Below, one piece after another: positions 13,040-25,900 of a stretch of DNA of 64,000 nucleotides. A program made the position numbers and the translations under genes. The notes under the pieces were generated by a model. That model did not search any database and was not told the origin of the DNA. It saw nothing but the letters and a program-made list of their open reading frames with translations. Numbering within the stretch: the stretch's first letter is position 1; the number at the start of each line of letters is the position of its first letter. Origin of the DNA: Prorocentrum cordatum (taxonomy: Eukaryota); assembly GCA_963575745.1 (NCBI GenBank), contig CAUYUJ010000081.1, forward strand, positions 62,001 to 126,000, read 5' to 3'.

Positions 13040-16000
13040 TGTTGTCGCCGCCGCCGCCGTCGCCGTCGCCGCCGCCGTCGCCGTGGCCGTCGCCGTCTCG
13101 CCGTCTCGCCGTCTCGCCGTCTCGCCGTCGTCATTGCCGTCGTCGTCGTCGCTGCCCGACGGCGCCGGTGCCGGCGCTGGCGCTCGCCGTCGTCGTTTGC
13201 TGGAGGGTGGGGCCTCCCTCGTCGTCGCTGCTGAAAGGCGCCGGCGCCAGCGCTGGCGCTTGCCATCGTCGTCTGCGAAGGGCCCGCCCGCCCGTTGCAA
13301 CCCAATGGTGGGGGTCCCCCCCTGGTTCGAAACCCCCGCCCCACCTGCAACCCCCGGTGGTTCGAACTCCCCCCCCGATGGACCAGAGGGGGGAGGAGCC
13401 CCCCTGGTTCGAACCCCTGCCCCCCCTGGACAGAGGGGAGGAGGGCCCCCTCCTGGTCCGAATCCTTCCCCACCCCTTGCCTGCAACTCAGCAGGGGGGG
13501 TTGCCCCCGAGTCGGTGCCCCCCTCAATTCGAACCCCCTTCTTTGCGTCTCGGGCGGGGCGGCCCGGCTCGGCAGCAAGGACCCTCCCCCCCCTTTCCCA
13601 GCGTCCACAGAGCGCGCTCTGTTCCACGTGGCGAGTGGGGAAGACGTGTATTTTTCCGCCCCTCGGCGTTGCCACGTGAAGACTATAGCGGAATAGTATT
13701 AGTTGGTTCCCAACAGCTGCCAGGTGGCAAAAAGAGTAGAACTGTAGTTTTCTCGCCCCCAGCGGCGTTGCCACGTCGCGGACAAATAGAATGCGGCATG
13801 GCAAAAATTGCGTCCTGATCCGGACGGCAGCGACTGGCGGCAATACCTGACTATGACACACTGCGCGCAACAACTCCATATCACACCCGTGAAACTCAGG
13901 CACGAGCTGCAGGCGCTTCAGTTTGGAGGTCGCTCCACCTGGTCTCGGGCGCTGAAGGCGCAGCAGACATCCCAACAAGGGTTGAACAAGGTAACGGCCA
14001 GCAGCGGTCTCAGCTCTTCATATGAGATATGAACCCCACCGCCCAGCATGGGCGGCATCCTTGGCCCGAGAGGCTTGCTTCTTCGCCTTGCGCGGGGTCG
14101 AACCAAGATCGGGCGTGATTTCGCGCGCACAATTGCGGAATATACAGTGCGAGCAGTCAGCAGGCATGCAAATCGCCAAGCAACCAACTCCCATAATGCT
14201 AGGCCCTATCCAGCGGATCTGATCACATAATTGGGTCGGATGGAGAATCTCGACCCCCCCGCCTCCCGGCGTCCACATCTTGCCTTAGGCTCGAGAGATC
14301 ACCTCATTATAAATTGATCTCTCGAGCCTAACAGATAGGCGCCCGTCTTCCGATTGACCCATGGTCGAAGCCGCTAGTTGTTCTTCAATGCTTCTGAAAT
14401 CGGTCGGCCACGCGTGTCGCGTGGCAGCGGTGACTGCTTCTTCTCAATTGGGGCCAAGTTTACGTCCATTGCCTAATCCTCGCGCGCCTGCGATCGCGGC
14501 TCTGACGCGCGCGCCAGGTTCGGCCCGCCGCGAACAAGCCACGGTCTCAGCATGCAACGCCGCCTTACACGCGCGACGAATCACCTTGCATGATGGACAC
14601 ACGGGGCGCACATTGTCTACGCTTCCATCAACAAGGCCCGGGCCGGCGAGTCCATTGAACCTTGCCTGCTGGGGCATCAATGGTTCCAAGCTCCTTTTTA
14701 CTGCGTCGCTTCCCGGGGGCCAGCTCGCATCGGCGATTGCGAGTGCCATCGCATTCTTGGCCCAATCGACGGCACCTCCCTTGAGCGCTAGACCCTGTCT
14801 GCAGTTTGTACTGCGTCTTCGTGCACTTCGTTGGCTTCTTCACGGCGCGCAACTCGGCGCGGTTCGCGCCCGTCTACAGGCAACTCGCGCGGCGAAGGTG
14901 CCCAAGATAGTGCCCAGGTAACAAAGTCTGAGTGGGGGCGTTTCACAATATTTCTAATTCCTGGTCAGCGGACTGTCGCTCGGGTGACGCATCGAATCGA
15001 TTGTCTCAGTATTTTCCTCGGCTGTTACGTTGGCCATGGCATCTTCTTGTCGATGTATCTTTCAACCAATGCCTAAAAACTTCCTGACTTAATCCCCCGT
15101 GGATCCTCATCGGGCGTGGCCCGCGCATAGAGGCCCCCGTAGACGTCGATGTCCCCCGGGCGAAGCAGCGACGAAGCCGCGGCGCGCATAGGGGGGCGAT
15201 CGGAGCCATGAGCGCGACTACGCTCTCCGTGACTTCCACCGCGCTGCCGCGGAGTGCACGGAGTATCTCAGAAAACTTGATTGCCCCGACGTCGCCAGAA
15301 ACTGACGCGACTTTGCGGCGGAACTTCTCCCTCGCGAACAATCTGCGTCTCCTCGGCTTCAAGATTGCGATCTGTTTGCGCGAGCTTGGAAATCGCATCC
15401 GCGTGAGAGTCGCCGCTGATCTCGACCCCCCCCCCCCCCAATCGAACGCTTCTCGGCCCGCGTTTGGCGCGGCCCCTCGCGAGCGCGCGTCGATCATCAT
15501 TGGCGGCTGAAACGTGCTCGCGAACGGCGTTGGTCGCGATTGTTGGTCTTCTCATACTTGCGCGCCGATGGATCGCACGCCTGCCCGCGGCGCTCGCGTC
15601 TGCTTTTGCGACCGCAGCGCTCGCGCGTGCGCGCGGCGAAACAAGGCGAACTGCTAAAGCCGGGAAGAGAATGGGACCCGCAATCCTCGCGCCGCTCGGA
15701 GCTGGAAGCAACGCTCGAGCCGATGCCTTCGGCGCGCGACGGACGATAACACGCGGGCGCAGGAACTTCAGGAGCATTCGAAGGCGCGGCCGACGCCATC
15801 TCGCATTCCTCGTCTTGGGCACCCGAGAACCAATGGCGCTCGGCCCCTTTTGGAGCGCGCCGTCGCGGAGCCGAAATGCCCTCCGCCAGCCCCGAACGGG
15901 GTCTGCGGGCGCGGGCCGGCCCCCCGCCAGCGCGGCCCTGGAGGAGTCCGGCAGCGCGGCCTGCGGTCGGCGCTCGCGGCGGCGGGGCGCCCCGCAGCTG

Positions 16001-19000
16001 GGGCCCAAATTGCTTCGGGCGCTGAGCAACACATGCGGCCTGTTTTCCGCGCGCGGCGAAAGCCCGAGCGGGGCTGCCTTCCCGCCGCGCCCCTCCTCCT
16101 CGCCCAATCAGGCTGTGCGACGCGGAGCGACGCTCGAAGGGAAAGGAGCACGCAATCGATACTTCCTATCGTAGTTCGTCCTCTTCCTATCTGCGTGATT
16201 GATGCCGTGAGTAGAAGGCGAAGCTGCAGCCGATAAAATAAGCGAGAACTGATGTTCGCCGCTTGCGTTGTCATCGTCGCCCATGCATCGGGCGCGATCG
16301 CCTCGCCGTTTGCGGCTTGCCCACGTTCTCGAGGTCGCCGGGCCAGTGGCCCCTCAGTTGCAGGCTTTCCACCTCGAACGTGCCTCGATTCCCCGGTGGC
16401 CGCGCTTGCGATCTGCAAGAGAAGGCGCGCCTTTCTGTCCGCCCATCCCAGGCCGAGGGGCGTGGCGCCGCGGCGCGCGCTCGCCCGTGCATTTCCGATT
16501 GGTGCCCAGACTGGCTACCAAGTTCTCCTGGGCAAACTCGGCGGCCTCCTCCTCGGCGCGCCCGCCCTCGGCCATCTCGTCGATCGCGTCGACGAGCTGA
16601 TCCTGTCGGGGACCTCCAGGCATGGGGGGCCGACGATCAGCGTGCGCGGGCATCCTCGTCGTGCCAGCTGTCGCCCCAGCTCGCGTCAGCCCAATAGCTG
16701 TTGCCCCAACCGTGCTCGTGCGTGTAGCCGGACGCGTAGTATCAGCATGGGCTCTGCTCCTCTTGGTGAAGCTCTGGCTCCTGCCAGGCGTGGTCGACGG
16801 CATGGTAGGCCTGGTGCCTCGCCTGGCCCCTGCCCCTGCCCCTGCCAGGGTAGCTGGGCCTGTCGTCCCAGCGGAGCCTTGCCCACGGGATATCCTTCGC
16901 CCCTGTGGCGAAACGGATGCGACCGCGCTGGGGGATCAGAACGTCTCTGAGATTGTCAATGCTGGTCTGGTTGCCCGCGCATGCGAGTACCCTCCGGTTC
17001 TTCTGAAGTGCAAGGCCTGCGCATTCAAAGAGAAGTGGGCCGAACAAATCGTTGCTCAAACAAGCCCGAGGCCCAGCTTCGAGACAAGTTTCCACGACCT
17101 CTTCCGACGTCATATATACGGAACTCGTGACATTTGCCCGTAAGGTCTCTGGCCGACCTGGAACAGGACTTTGGCTTTTTGGGCTTCGATGGGGAAGAAT
17201 GCCGATCGAATCGTCGTTATCAACTGGTCTATTCTGTTCGAAGATGGAAGCGTGCTTTTTATCGGTACCCATCGCCATATCGAACGCATCGCCTGTGAAG
17301 CCCTCTACGATCTTGTTGACAGCTGGCTGCTGTGATGCTCTATTGGTTGGGTTCCCCCTCGGAATCTGCAGAGGCCAACGCGGCCGTCATGCGCACCTCC
17401 GTGCGGAATTCCCATTCGTGAAACTTGTTCACCGAACCATCATATATGTAGGACCCACGCTACGTATCCGAAAATGTCAACGCGTCGGCGATTGACCGGT
17501 ATCGAAAGGAAAAGGAGTGCCGTGGCTGCTGCCGGTGTGGTGAATCAATCCCCTCGCAAATGTGACTGCTCGCGAATATGTGTGAAGAACACGATCACTT
17601 TCCCTACAAGGGAATGAGCACGCAGTGGTACGATACGGGATCGTGTCGCAGCTCCGCTGCCAGTGCATTTTCTGACTTTTCAATGCGTTTTATGACTTTT
17701 CAGCCCATGGCAAAAGGGCGCCCTGATCCACGGCAGCGAGTGGCGGCAGTAAGTGACTATGACACACTGCATGTTACAACTCCATAACATCAGCATTTTT
17801 TCTTCACCACCCACAGGCGCTGCCACGTGGCGAGTGGAGTGAAATCGTTTGTTCGTTCGACCCAAGGGGTGCTGTGACATGCCGAATACGAATGGAATAA
17901 TAATCTAATCATATTCGCCCTCCAGGAGTTGCCACGTGGCGAAAAGAGCGGAACCACATTAGCTCCGCCCCGAAAAGTTAGCACCTGACGGGTAGGATGT
18001 TTCGTTTCCGCTGCGAAACATTGATACTGCATTGCATTGCGTTGGACTGCATTGGCATTGAATCGTGCTTGCACCGCATCGCAGTGCAGCGTATTGTGTT
18101 GCATTGCACTCGCACTTGCACGAGATTTCGCTTACAGACAAATCGAATACGAGTTGACCACCAACACGCGCCAAAGTGGCCAACCAGCCAACTGATCAAC
18201 CAACAAACCAGCCAACTGACCTACCAACCAAGAATCCAACCACAGCCAGCCAGCCAACCTACCAATCAACCAACGAACCAACCAGTTCTTCCCGTGGCAG
18301 ACTTGAGGATGTCCCACACCGCGGGGCTCGGATCAGACTGTTTGACCTAGCAGCCAGCTTGCCAGCCAACCAGCTAACCACTCCGGAAATAAATTGTTTG
18401 GACCCGGCAGCCAGCCAACCAACCGACCAGCCAGCCAGGCAACACTTTTGGGCGTTTCTGAAATGTGTCACTCGGCATGCCCTGGAACAAATTTCCTGAC
18501 TCTGAACATCCTGTTCTAATCCCAAAAGAACAAAGCCTTAACACCCCGAAAGAACACACGCTCTTAATCCTTCACCCCGCCAGCAAGTCCTTTTCAAGGT
18601 GGGCAAGAGCTGCTGTTGACTACCGCGCCAATTCGTGCCGACCCCATTTCGATCGTACGGACCAGTCCCCTCCCCTCCTTCCCCAGCCCCGCCCGCCCCT
18701 CTGCCCTCCTCCACCAAAGACCCCTTTCTACACAACGGCGCCCCCACAAATCTGGACCGCTTCCCCAGGACCGGCGCTTGCACCACGATGCGTGTTCCGG
18801 GCCGAGAAGGGCCCCAAAACGTGTCCCGTGCCTTTTTTTTCGCACGGTGCGAAGGCGTCCAGGTCCGAAGGGCCAATCTGTTGGCCTCCGGACCTGTTCT
18901 GGGGCACATTCCGATCACGATCTCACAGCGGATCCAACCGTGGCGACCTGGGGTCCCAGAGAACGAGCGGGGGGGAAGCTCTGACTTCGAGACTCGCTGG

Positions 19001-19126
19001 TGAGGGAGGAAGCCAGCGTCGGGGAATGCGGGTCGAGGCTTTCCTCCATCTTCGCTTCAGCCGGCCTGAAGGTTCCTCCTCGTTTCTGGCGCTGGCCAGA
19101 GGGGGACCGATCATACACACACACAC

Positions 19127-19166
<40 letters not shown>

Positions 19167-19167
19167 C

Positions 19168-19210
<43 letters not shown>

Positions 19211-19876
19211 AGGTGGGGCATGTCCTCCTACAGGCGGATTTTGGACGAACAGTGGAAACTTGTCAAAACAGAATCAACAAATCATAAACAATAGTCGAAA
19301 CATCGTCCCGAGACTACGTATGTTTTAAAATACATTTGAATACTTCTTCTGTCGAGGGACAAGCCCGACTTAAGGTTAAGTCGGGCCTGTCCCCCTACAG
19401 GCCGATTTTGGACGAACAATTAAAAATAGTAAACAAATACCTGAACATTGTCAAACGTGGTCCAGAAATCGTCCCCGAACTATTTGCTGACTATTCTTGA
19501 CTGTCCGCTCTGCAGAGGCACAGGCCCGACTCAGACGCAAGGCCAGGGGGGCGACCGATCGGATTGCCAGCGACATCCGCTCGCCGCCGTGGCCCGCGGG
19601 GCTCGCCTCCGCGGTGCTGCGAGCCCCGCGGGGGCTCGCCGCGAGCTCCGCCCGCGGGGGGGGGCGCGCGGGCGGCTCACGGCGATCGCGACTGCGAGGG
19701 CGATCGCGGCGGCTCGGTTCGCGAGACGCGAGACCGCAAGGCAGCAGCCCCCCAAGGGCTGATGGGCCCGTGTTCCACCACAACCACCACCACCACCACC
19801 ATGAGTTGGAGGGGGGGAGGAGGAGGAGGACGAGGAGGTTGAGGAGGAGGACGAAGAGGAGGTTGAGGAGGAGGAC

Positions 19877-19908
<32 letters not shown>

Positions 19909-22900
19909 GGAGGAGGAGGACCCCCTCCCCCTCCAACTTATGGTTGTGGTGGTGGAAAACAGGCCCATCAAGGGCGGGAGGGGGGGGGAAACGATAGGGT
20001 AAAGTCGGGCGTGTCCCTCTACAGGAGGCAGATTCACAATTACAGTCAAAACATTGGTCCCAGGACGATTTTTCGACTATTCGTGGACTATGCTTTCCGC
20101 ATGGTGTGACTCCTCTTCCTAAATCCGCCTGTATGGGGGACATGCCCGACCTAACGAGAGGGGGGTCTGGCTCGGGAGCGAGCCACCGCCCCCGGAAAAG
20201 CGACGCGTCGCCGATGGATCGGGTAGGGTGGGGCACCCGCGCCCCTCTCGGCGATGTACCCCTCCCGCTGAACAGAGGAATAAAAAAACAGCCTCCTCGT
20301 CCTCGTCGTCGTCCTCCTCCTCCTCCTCCTCTTCCTCCTCCTCCTCCTCCTATTCCTCCTCCTTTCACCCTCCTTGTCCTCCTTCTCCTCCTCCTCCTCT
20401 TCCTCCTCCTTCCGCCCTCCCTCCACCGCCCGCCCGATGTCCCGAGCCTGTGGCAGGGTCATCAGCTCGTCGTTGTCGTTGTCGCCGTGGTGGTCGTCGT
20501 CGTCGTCCTTCTGTGTCGGCGGCGCTGGCCGCAAGGCCTTCACAATAGAGGAAGAAACAACTACATAAACAACAACTTTTGGAGGCCCGCGGGGATTTCT
20601 TGGATCTGCGCTGGGCCCCCCTTCCTGGCGCGCGGGGCGCACCAGGGGCGGCGCCGGGGGCGGTGCCCGGGGGGGCCCAGTGCGGACTGCGAAATCCGCG
20701 CGGAACGTCAAAAGTTTATGTTCATGGCTTTTTCTTCGTCGAATGAAATATCTCCCCTCACATCGCCCGAAGAGCGAAGGTTGCCCAGGCGGGGCGCCGC
20801 GTCGCCTTGGGCCGCCTCCTACGCGCCGTCCCACACGCCCTTCCAGCCCGGGCCTGGCGGCTGCCTCGCCGGGGCCGGGCGGCGGAACGAGGCCGATGCC
20901 GGGGGGGGGGCGCCGACGCGCCACCAGACGACGAGGACGACGGCGACTGAGAATAGGACGGCGACGGCGACGACGACGACGACGACTGCGACGAAAAGGG
21001 GGGGAAGGAAATGAGGAGGAATAGGGAAAAGGAGGAAGACAAGACTTGACTGGATCTCTGGGAATCCGTGGAAACGGCGAACCTTGGCGAAACATCGTGA
21101 AAACGAGCGCGGGCTGGATTCCGATACGCACTATATACCACCATTGCCGGACACTTCGTGAACCCGACGCCGCAGCGCTGGCCCTGGCATCGCGCCTGTA
21201 TTCGGGCAAGCAGTCCTGCGGGGCGGCCTTCTGGGATGCCCCCCCCCCCTTCCCTGACCCTCCGACCTTTTTTGGCAACTGGACGACACCAGTCCTCCTC
21301 ACTGGCAGAAGCCTCCTAAACGAGGCGGGCGAACTGCGAATGACAGAGTTGGCGTCAACCGAAAAATTTCAACCGAAAAATGTCCGAGCGGAATTTAAAG
21401 GGTTCCGAACACTCGGAAAAATTATGCCTCGGCCTGCGATCGTTTCCGGTCGGCGACGACACCTCGCGATCTAGTGGTCGCGCACCGTGTCCACGATAAT
21501 GGCCATCCGCTTTACATCGGCTCGATGAAATTCCTTGAATTTTGATCACGACGCTGGCCGGCGGAAGTGGACGGAAGTAAAACGAGGCGGAAGACGGGGG
21601 AAGGCCGTCGGAAAGCTTGCGGATGCCGTCGGAAGTAAACGACTCCCCTTCCGAACCCCCCTACCCCCGTAGAAGCCTAGCAACGTAGTCTTCTTCCGTG
21701 GGCCGGGCGGGATCCCGCATGGCTTATTCCGTTTTAATATTATAAGTTTAGTTCAGGACGATGAAAATCCCACCCATTAAAAGTTTGGTAGAATAAAATC
21801 CCGGTTCGTTCAAGGATCCCGCCATGCTGATATCGGATCGAGGTAAAGGGGGGCATACATTGCAATATCCTTACCGTGTTGGGGCCGTCTTGAAGTCATA
21901 TTGAGATCATCTCCCGGTCGCGTTTGGATCACGCAGTCGTCGCATGATCATTATGGGGCCACCTTCGGCGCGCTTGGATCCATCTTGTTGCCATCGGGCC
22001 ATCTCGGCGTCACACGTTACTCATGTGCTTCCTCATCTGCGAGTCGGCCTGAGACGGTCCAGAATTCATGGCGGGATCGCGTTGGGGTGGCATCATCCTG
22101 GGGTCGTCTGGGCGTTATCGTCCGTGGCCTGAGGCCCTCCTTGAAGCATGTGGTGGCCATGGGGCGTCTTGGGGTCGCGTGCGTGGGAGCGCTGAGCACG
22201 CGCGCGCGACTTCTCATCTTGCTGACGGGTATACATGCATATTCTTCCGCTTGCGAGTTTCCAGGGCAGCCTGTGTTGGAGCCAAGTATCAGCTCCGACA
22301 TTGTTATCCCGGAGGGTGCGCCCCTTTGATGATGGTGCGCCCGACGGAGGCGGAGCCTCCCAGATGCCACAGCTACTCAACAGCATGTTTCCCCGACTAT
22401 GTTTTCGCAGCCAATGCTGCGAAGGAATTCGCGTGCCAATTTCCAAAAAAAGATTGTAGGGTCCCGCGCCCCCGTCGGAGTATAACGAGGAGTCCAGCAG
22501 GACTGGCCCCCGCGGCGGATCTCGCCACGCCTTATTCTGGACAAGATCGTCGAAGACTTGTTTGCCGCTGACGCCCAGGTGCACCTCTGCGAGTTGATCC
22601 AGTCGTGGTATTGCTCGCGTGCCGCTCTGGTTGCCAAGCAATCCGGGCGTCGCTGCGAATGTGCGAGCCAAGCCAGGCATGGACAACATGACTTGTCAAC
22701 CGCCCGCCACCTGCTTGACAGCGCGGTTCCTGCGTACGCAAGCAGAACTGCCGCGTCGTCTCGTTCGGCTCGCAGCGGGGCCGAAGCGTGCGCGACGAGC
22801 TTGGGCCGGCGCCTCTGTCCATGCGCCACCGCGCCGCTGGGCGCGGGGAGGGCATTCGGCTTTGGCTCGGCGGAAACGCCAATCAGTGCCTGAAGGTCCC

Positions 22901-25900
22901 CGAACAAATCCGCAGGCCGCCATCGCGCGGGCCCGCTCAGACCATGGAGGCGGGTGGAGAATCCCCCCCGGTCACGACTCCCAGAGGGGGCAGCCCCAGC
23001 CCGGAGGCTGAGGCATGTCCTCGCCGAAGCCCCAATCCTCGCCCCCGGTGAGTCTGTAAAAAAGCTCGGAGCCCCTCGCCACAAATCTCCCGGGGCGCGG
23101 CGCGGTTCCCCCGGGCCACCCCGAGCGTTCCCTAGTAAATTTTCCGCGCCTGGGAGAGCCCCCCGAAGCCCTCCCAGATGCTCCGGGCGGCCCCCCCAGA
23201 CGGCCCGAGGGGCCTCCAAGGAGCCCGAAGAAGCCCCCAAGAAACCGAAACCGCCCCAGCAAGCCCCCAGCGGGCGCAAGCATTGATTCTGCTGATGCGT
23301 TTGAAAAATTTTGGCGTTCTCGCCCCTTCGGCCCCCCGACGCCCCCACGCGGCCCTAGAGGCCACCCGAGCAGCACCGAGACGGCCCGAGAAGGCCCCGA
23401 GAAGCGCGGCCCCAAGACGGCCCGAGCGGCACCCAGAACGCCCCAAGAGGGCCCCAAGAGGTTTCAAAAGAGGCCCCCCACAAGGAACGTGAACCGACGA
23501 CCCAAGGTGACCCGAGCCTTCTGCCCCGAAGCCCCAGGAGGTGCCCGGGAGGCTCCGGGGGGGCCCCCGCGAGGCCCCCGTCGGAAGCCCCCCCGGGAGG
23601 CCCCCCCAGGAGAAGACCGAGAGGCCCCGGCGCAGCTCTCGAGTCGCCGAAACTGCCTCCCAAAAGCACCCGAGAAGCTTCGCGCCCGCGGCCCAGGCGC
23701 GGCGACGGGGCGGGCCGCGGCCGCGCACGAGCCGCCCGAGCGGGCCTCTTTCTCGCGACGCCCTTCGGCTTCGGCGCCGCCACCTCCGACCGCGCTTATG
23801 CCGGGCCGCCGCAACGGCGCGGCCGCAATCGCGCCCTGGGGGCCCGCGCCGCCGCCGCCCTCCGCGGCGGCCAGTCCCGCCGCGAAGCAACGCAGGCGTC
23901 GGACGCAGACTGCGAGAGCCCACGTCGTCGCGCAACCCCGCGAGGCCCAGCCCCGCGCGAAGGGGGCGGGCATGGGGTGCCGGGGAAGCGCCCTGCGCGC
24001 CCATTGCAGACGCCCGCCTGGCCGCGCAACGCCCTCTGGCCGAATGGCCGCGAACGCGATCGCAATGGGCGCGCGCGCGCGCTGCGCGGGGCGAGCTGGC
24101 GGCGTAGAGCCTGCGCCCCAAGCCCCCGAAAAGCGCGATTCATCGAGCCCCGTTGAGCGCGGCGGAACACCGCGTGTCCAGCGACGTCTTCCCAGACAAC
24201 CCACAGACGAACATGCTCGCCGCCGCTGGTGCCGCACCTCCTGGAGCCGCGGCGTTAGCCGGGCTCATCTAGGGTGACCTTCGGGCAGCGCCTCGATCGA
24301 ATGCGCGCGGGCTGTCAACTTAGAGGCTCCAGCGCCCCCGCCCCGCGCCCCCCTTGCGATCGAGAGGTCGTCGGCCGACCTGTCAGACGAGGCCGCCGCC
24401 GCGTCGCCATCGCGCAACTGCCCTGCCACGTAGATGCATGAACAGCAGGGCGCCCCGCAAGCGGCGACCGCGGGGGCCCGGGCTTGCAGGGGTCGAGCCG
24501 AACAATCAGCAGGATATCTGAGCACGGTTAGCGGGGCCCCTGGCCCTGGGCGGACGCGCGGCCCACCTGCGAACCCGAACCTCGACCGAGCTAGGGAGAG
24601 GCCGCCTGCGCGCCGGCGCCGGCCGTGGCCCCGCAACCTTCGCCCGATCTCGCGCGACGCCGCGCCGCGCGGGGCCGCGACAGGACCGAGGCGCCAGGCT
24701 CGGTCATTGACCGCCCCGTGCAGTTGCTTCTCGGCGCGGAGGAAGCGGCGAGAAGCGCGCCCATGCTGACTGGGCGCGATGAGGGACTCCTGTTTCCATG
24801 CGTTCTAGCGGTGCCGAATCGTCTGTTCCCTTGATCATTGTTCTGCTCGAACTACCAATGCGCCGCGCAAAATTTACCCGGGCGCCCGCCGGCGCGACTT
24901 CGTCAAGGCCGACGGCGAACGCGCGAAGACATGCATAAGCGCGCCGCGGGCCCCGCGACTCAACGCAGGCCGCTGCCAACGCGCCCCGTCGACGCAAATC
25001 GCAGCTGCGTTTGATTGCGTCGATGCTTCAAAGTAGCCTGGGACATGCGAACCGCGAAGGGGTCGCCCACTCACCCCGACCCTCATGGCGCGGTCGAACA
25101 GATGCGCCGCACGCGCCGCCAGGCGAGACTCGGCTACGCGCGAGTGTGGCCCTGGACCCCAGGCGAGAATGACAACAATTCGGGGGGGCCCCGATGGGCC
25201 CGCGCCAAAGGTCACTCCTCCGAAGGGCCACTCTTGCGCGTCGTCGATAGACGCCCGACGCGTCCTCGACTCGCCGCGCGCGCGCGAGAGCGCCTCGGTC
25301 AAACGCGTGCTGGTTGGCAGAAACATTTATAGAATCGCATAGGCCGCTACAGAAGTCATCCCCATTGCCCCTCAAACAGAAAGCGCAGGGGGGGCGACGC
25401 GCGGCCCTGAATCTCCACGACGCGCCACAGGCGATCCCAGCAGCCACCCCCCGCCGCAGGCAAACCGCACGTCCGCGCCAGCGCGGGTCGGGAAATAAGC
25501 CGCCTTCCCAAAGTGAAACCCTCCCTCTCGTTCCACCCGGGCGTCGCAAATTGGCGGCGCTCGCGGGGGTAGAAGGATGGGGGGGGCTTCCGAGAACGCG
25601 GCTGCCTCTGAGTCGGCGCGGGCCACCCGTCTCAGAAGCCGGGGGCGCGACGCTGGCAGGAGGCGCCCCAGCATCTTCTGAGAAGCGCGGAACTGCTTCT
25701 TGGAAGAAGGAGCAGCTCCTTATAATCACGCCATCTGATTCTCAGATGCACGCCAGGAGCAGCTTCTAAGACGCCGCCGCAAGCCTCTCAGATAACGCGC
25801 CAGCGCCCTCTAAGAAGGGGGTGCTTCTAAGCCACCCCGCACCCCGCCGCCCCCTTCTGCGCGCGCTAAATACATTGCGCGCGGCGCCGAGCCCCACAGA

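Larger units (their letters stand above)
13799..17789 (-). mobile_element. Internally deleted, decayed Ty1/copia LTR retrotransposon with short LTRs
   Basis: Diverged direct repeats at 13799-13883 and 17708-17789 read TG...CA, and a TGG-starting PBS-like sequence lies next to the 5' LTR. Minus-strand remnants: Gag zinc knuckle (KAC/LRGHWPGD, about 16330-16380), protease-like C-terminus (FDWGGG...ETQIV.EGEVP, about 15300-15460) and RNase H (ADASW...KVIRRACKAALHAET...WPTDFRSIEEQL...EDGRLSV/DLSSLRQ...IRWIG, about 14020-14760). Integrase and most of RT are missing. Confidence 0.8.

Noticed and set aside
13800..13910. DNA methyltransferase motif I (VPEFHGCDMELLRAV) as retrotransposon cargo
   Set aside because: Falls in and beside the 3' LTR; no other methyltransferase motifs are present
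12232..13978. Several 300-500-aa ORFs
   Set aside because: (GTC/GCC)n microsatellite artefacts
14285..14331. Intrinsic terminator or loxP/dif-like recombination site
   Set aside because: No U-tract and no recombinase nearby; one arm is RNase H coding sequence, so an inverted insertion explains it better
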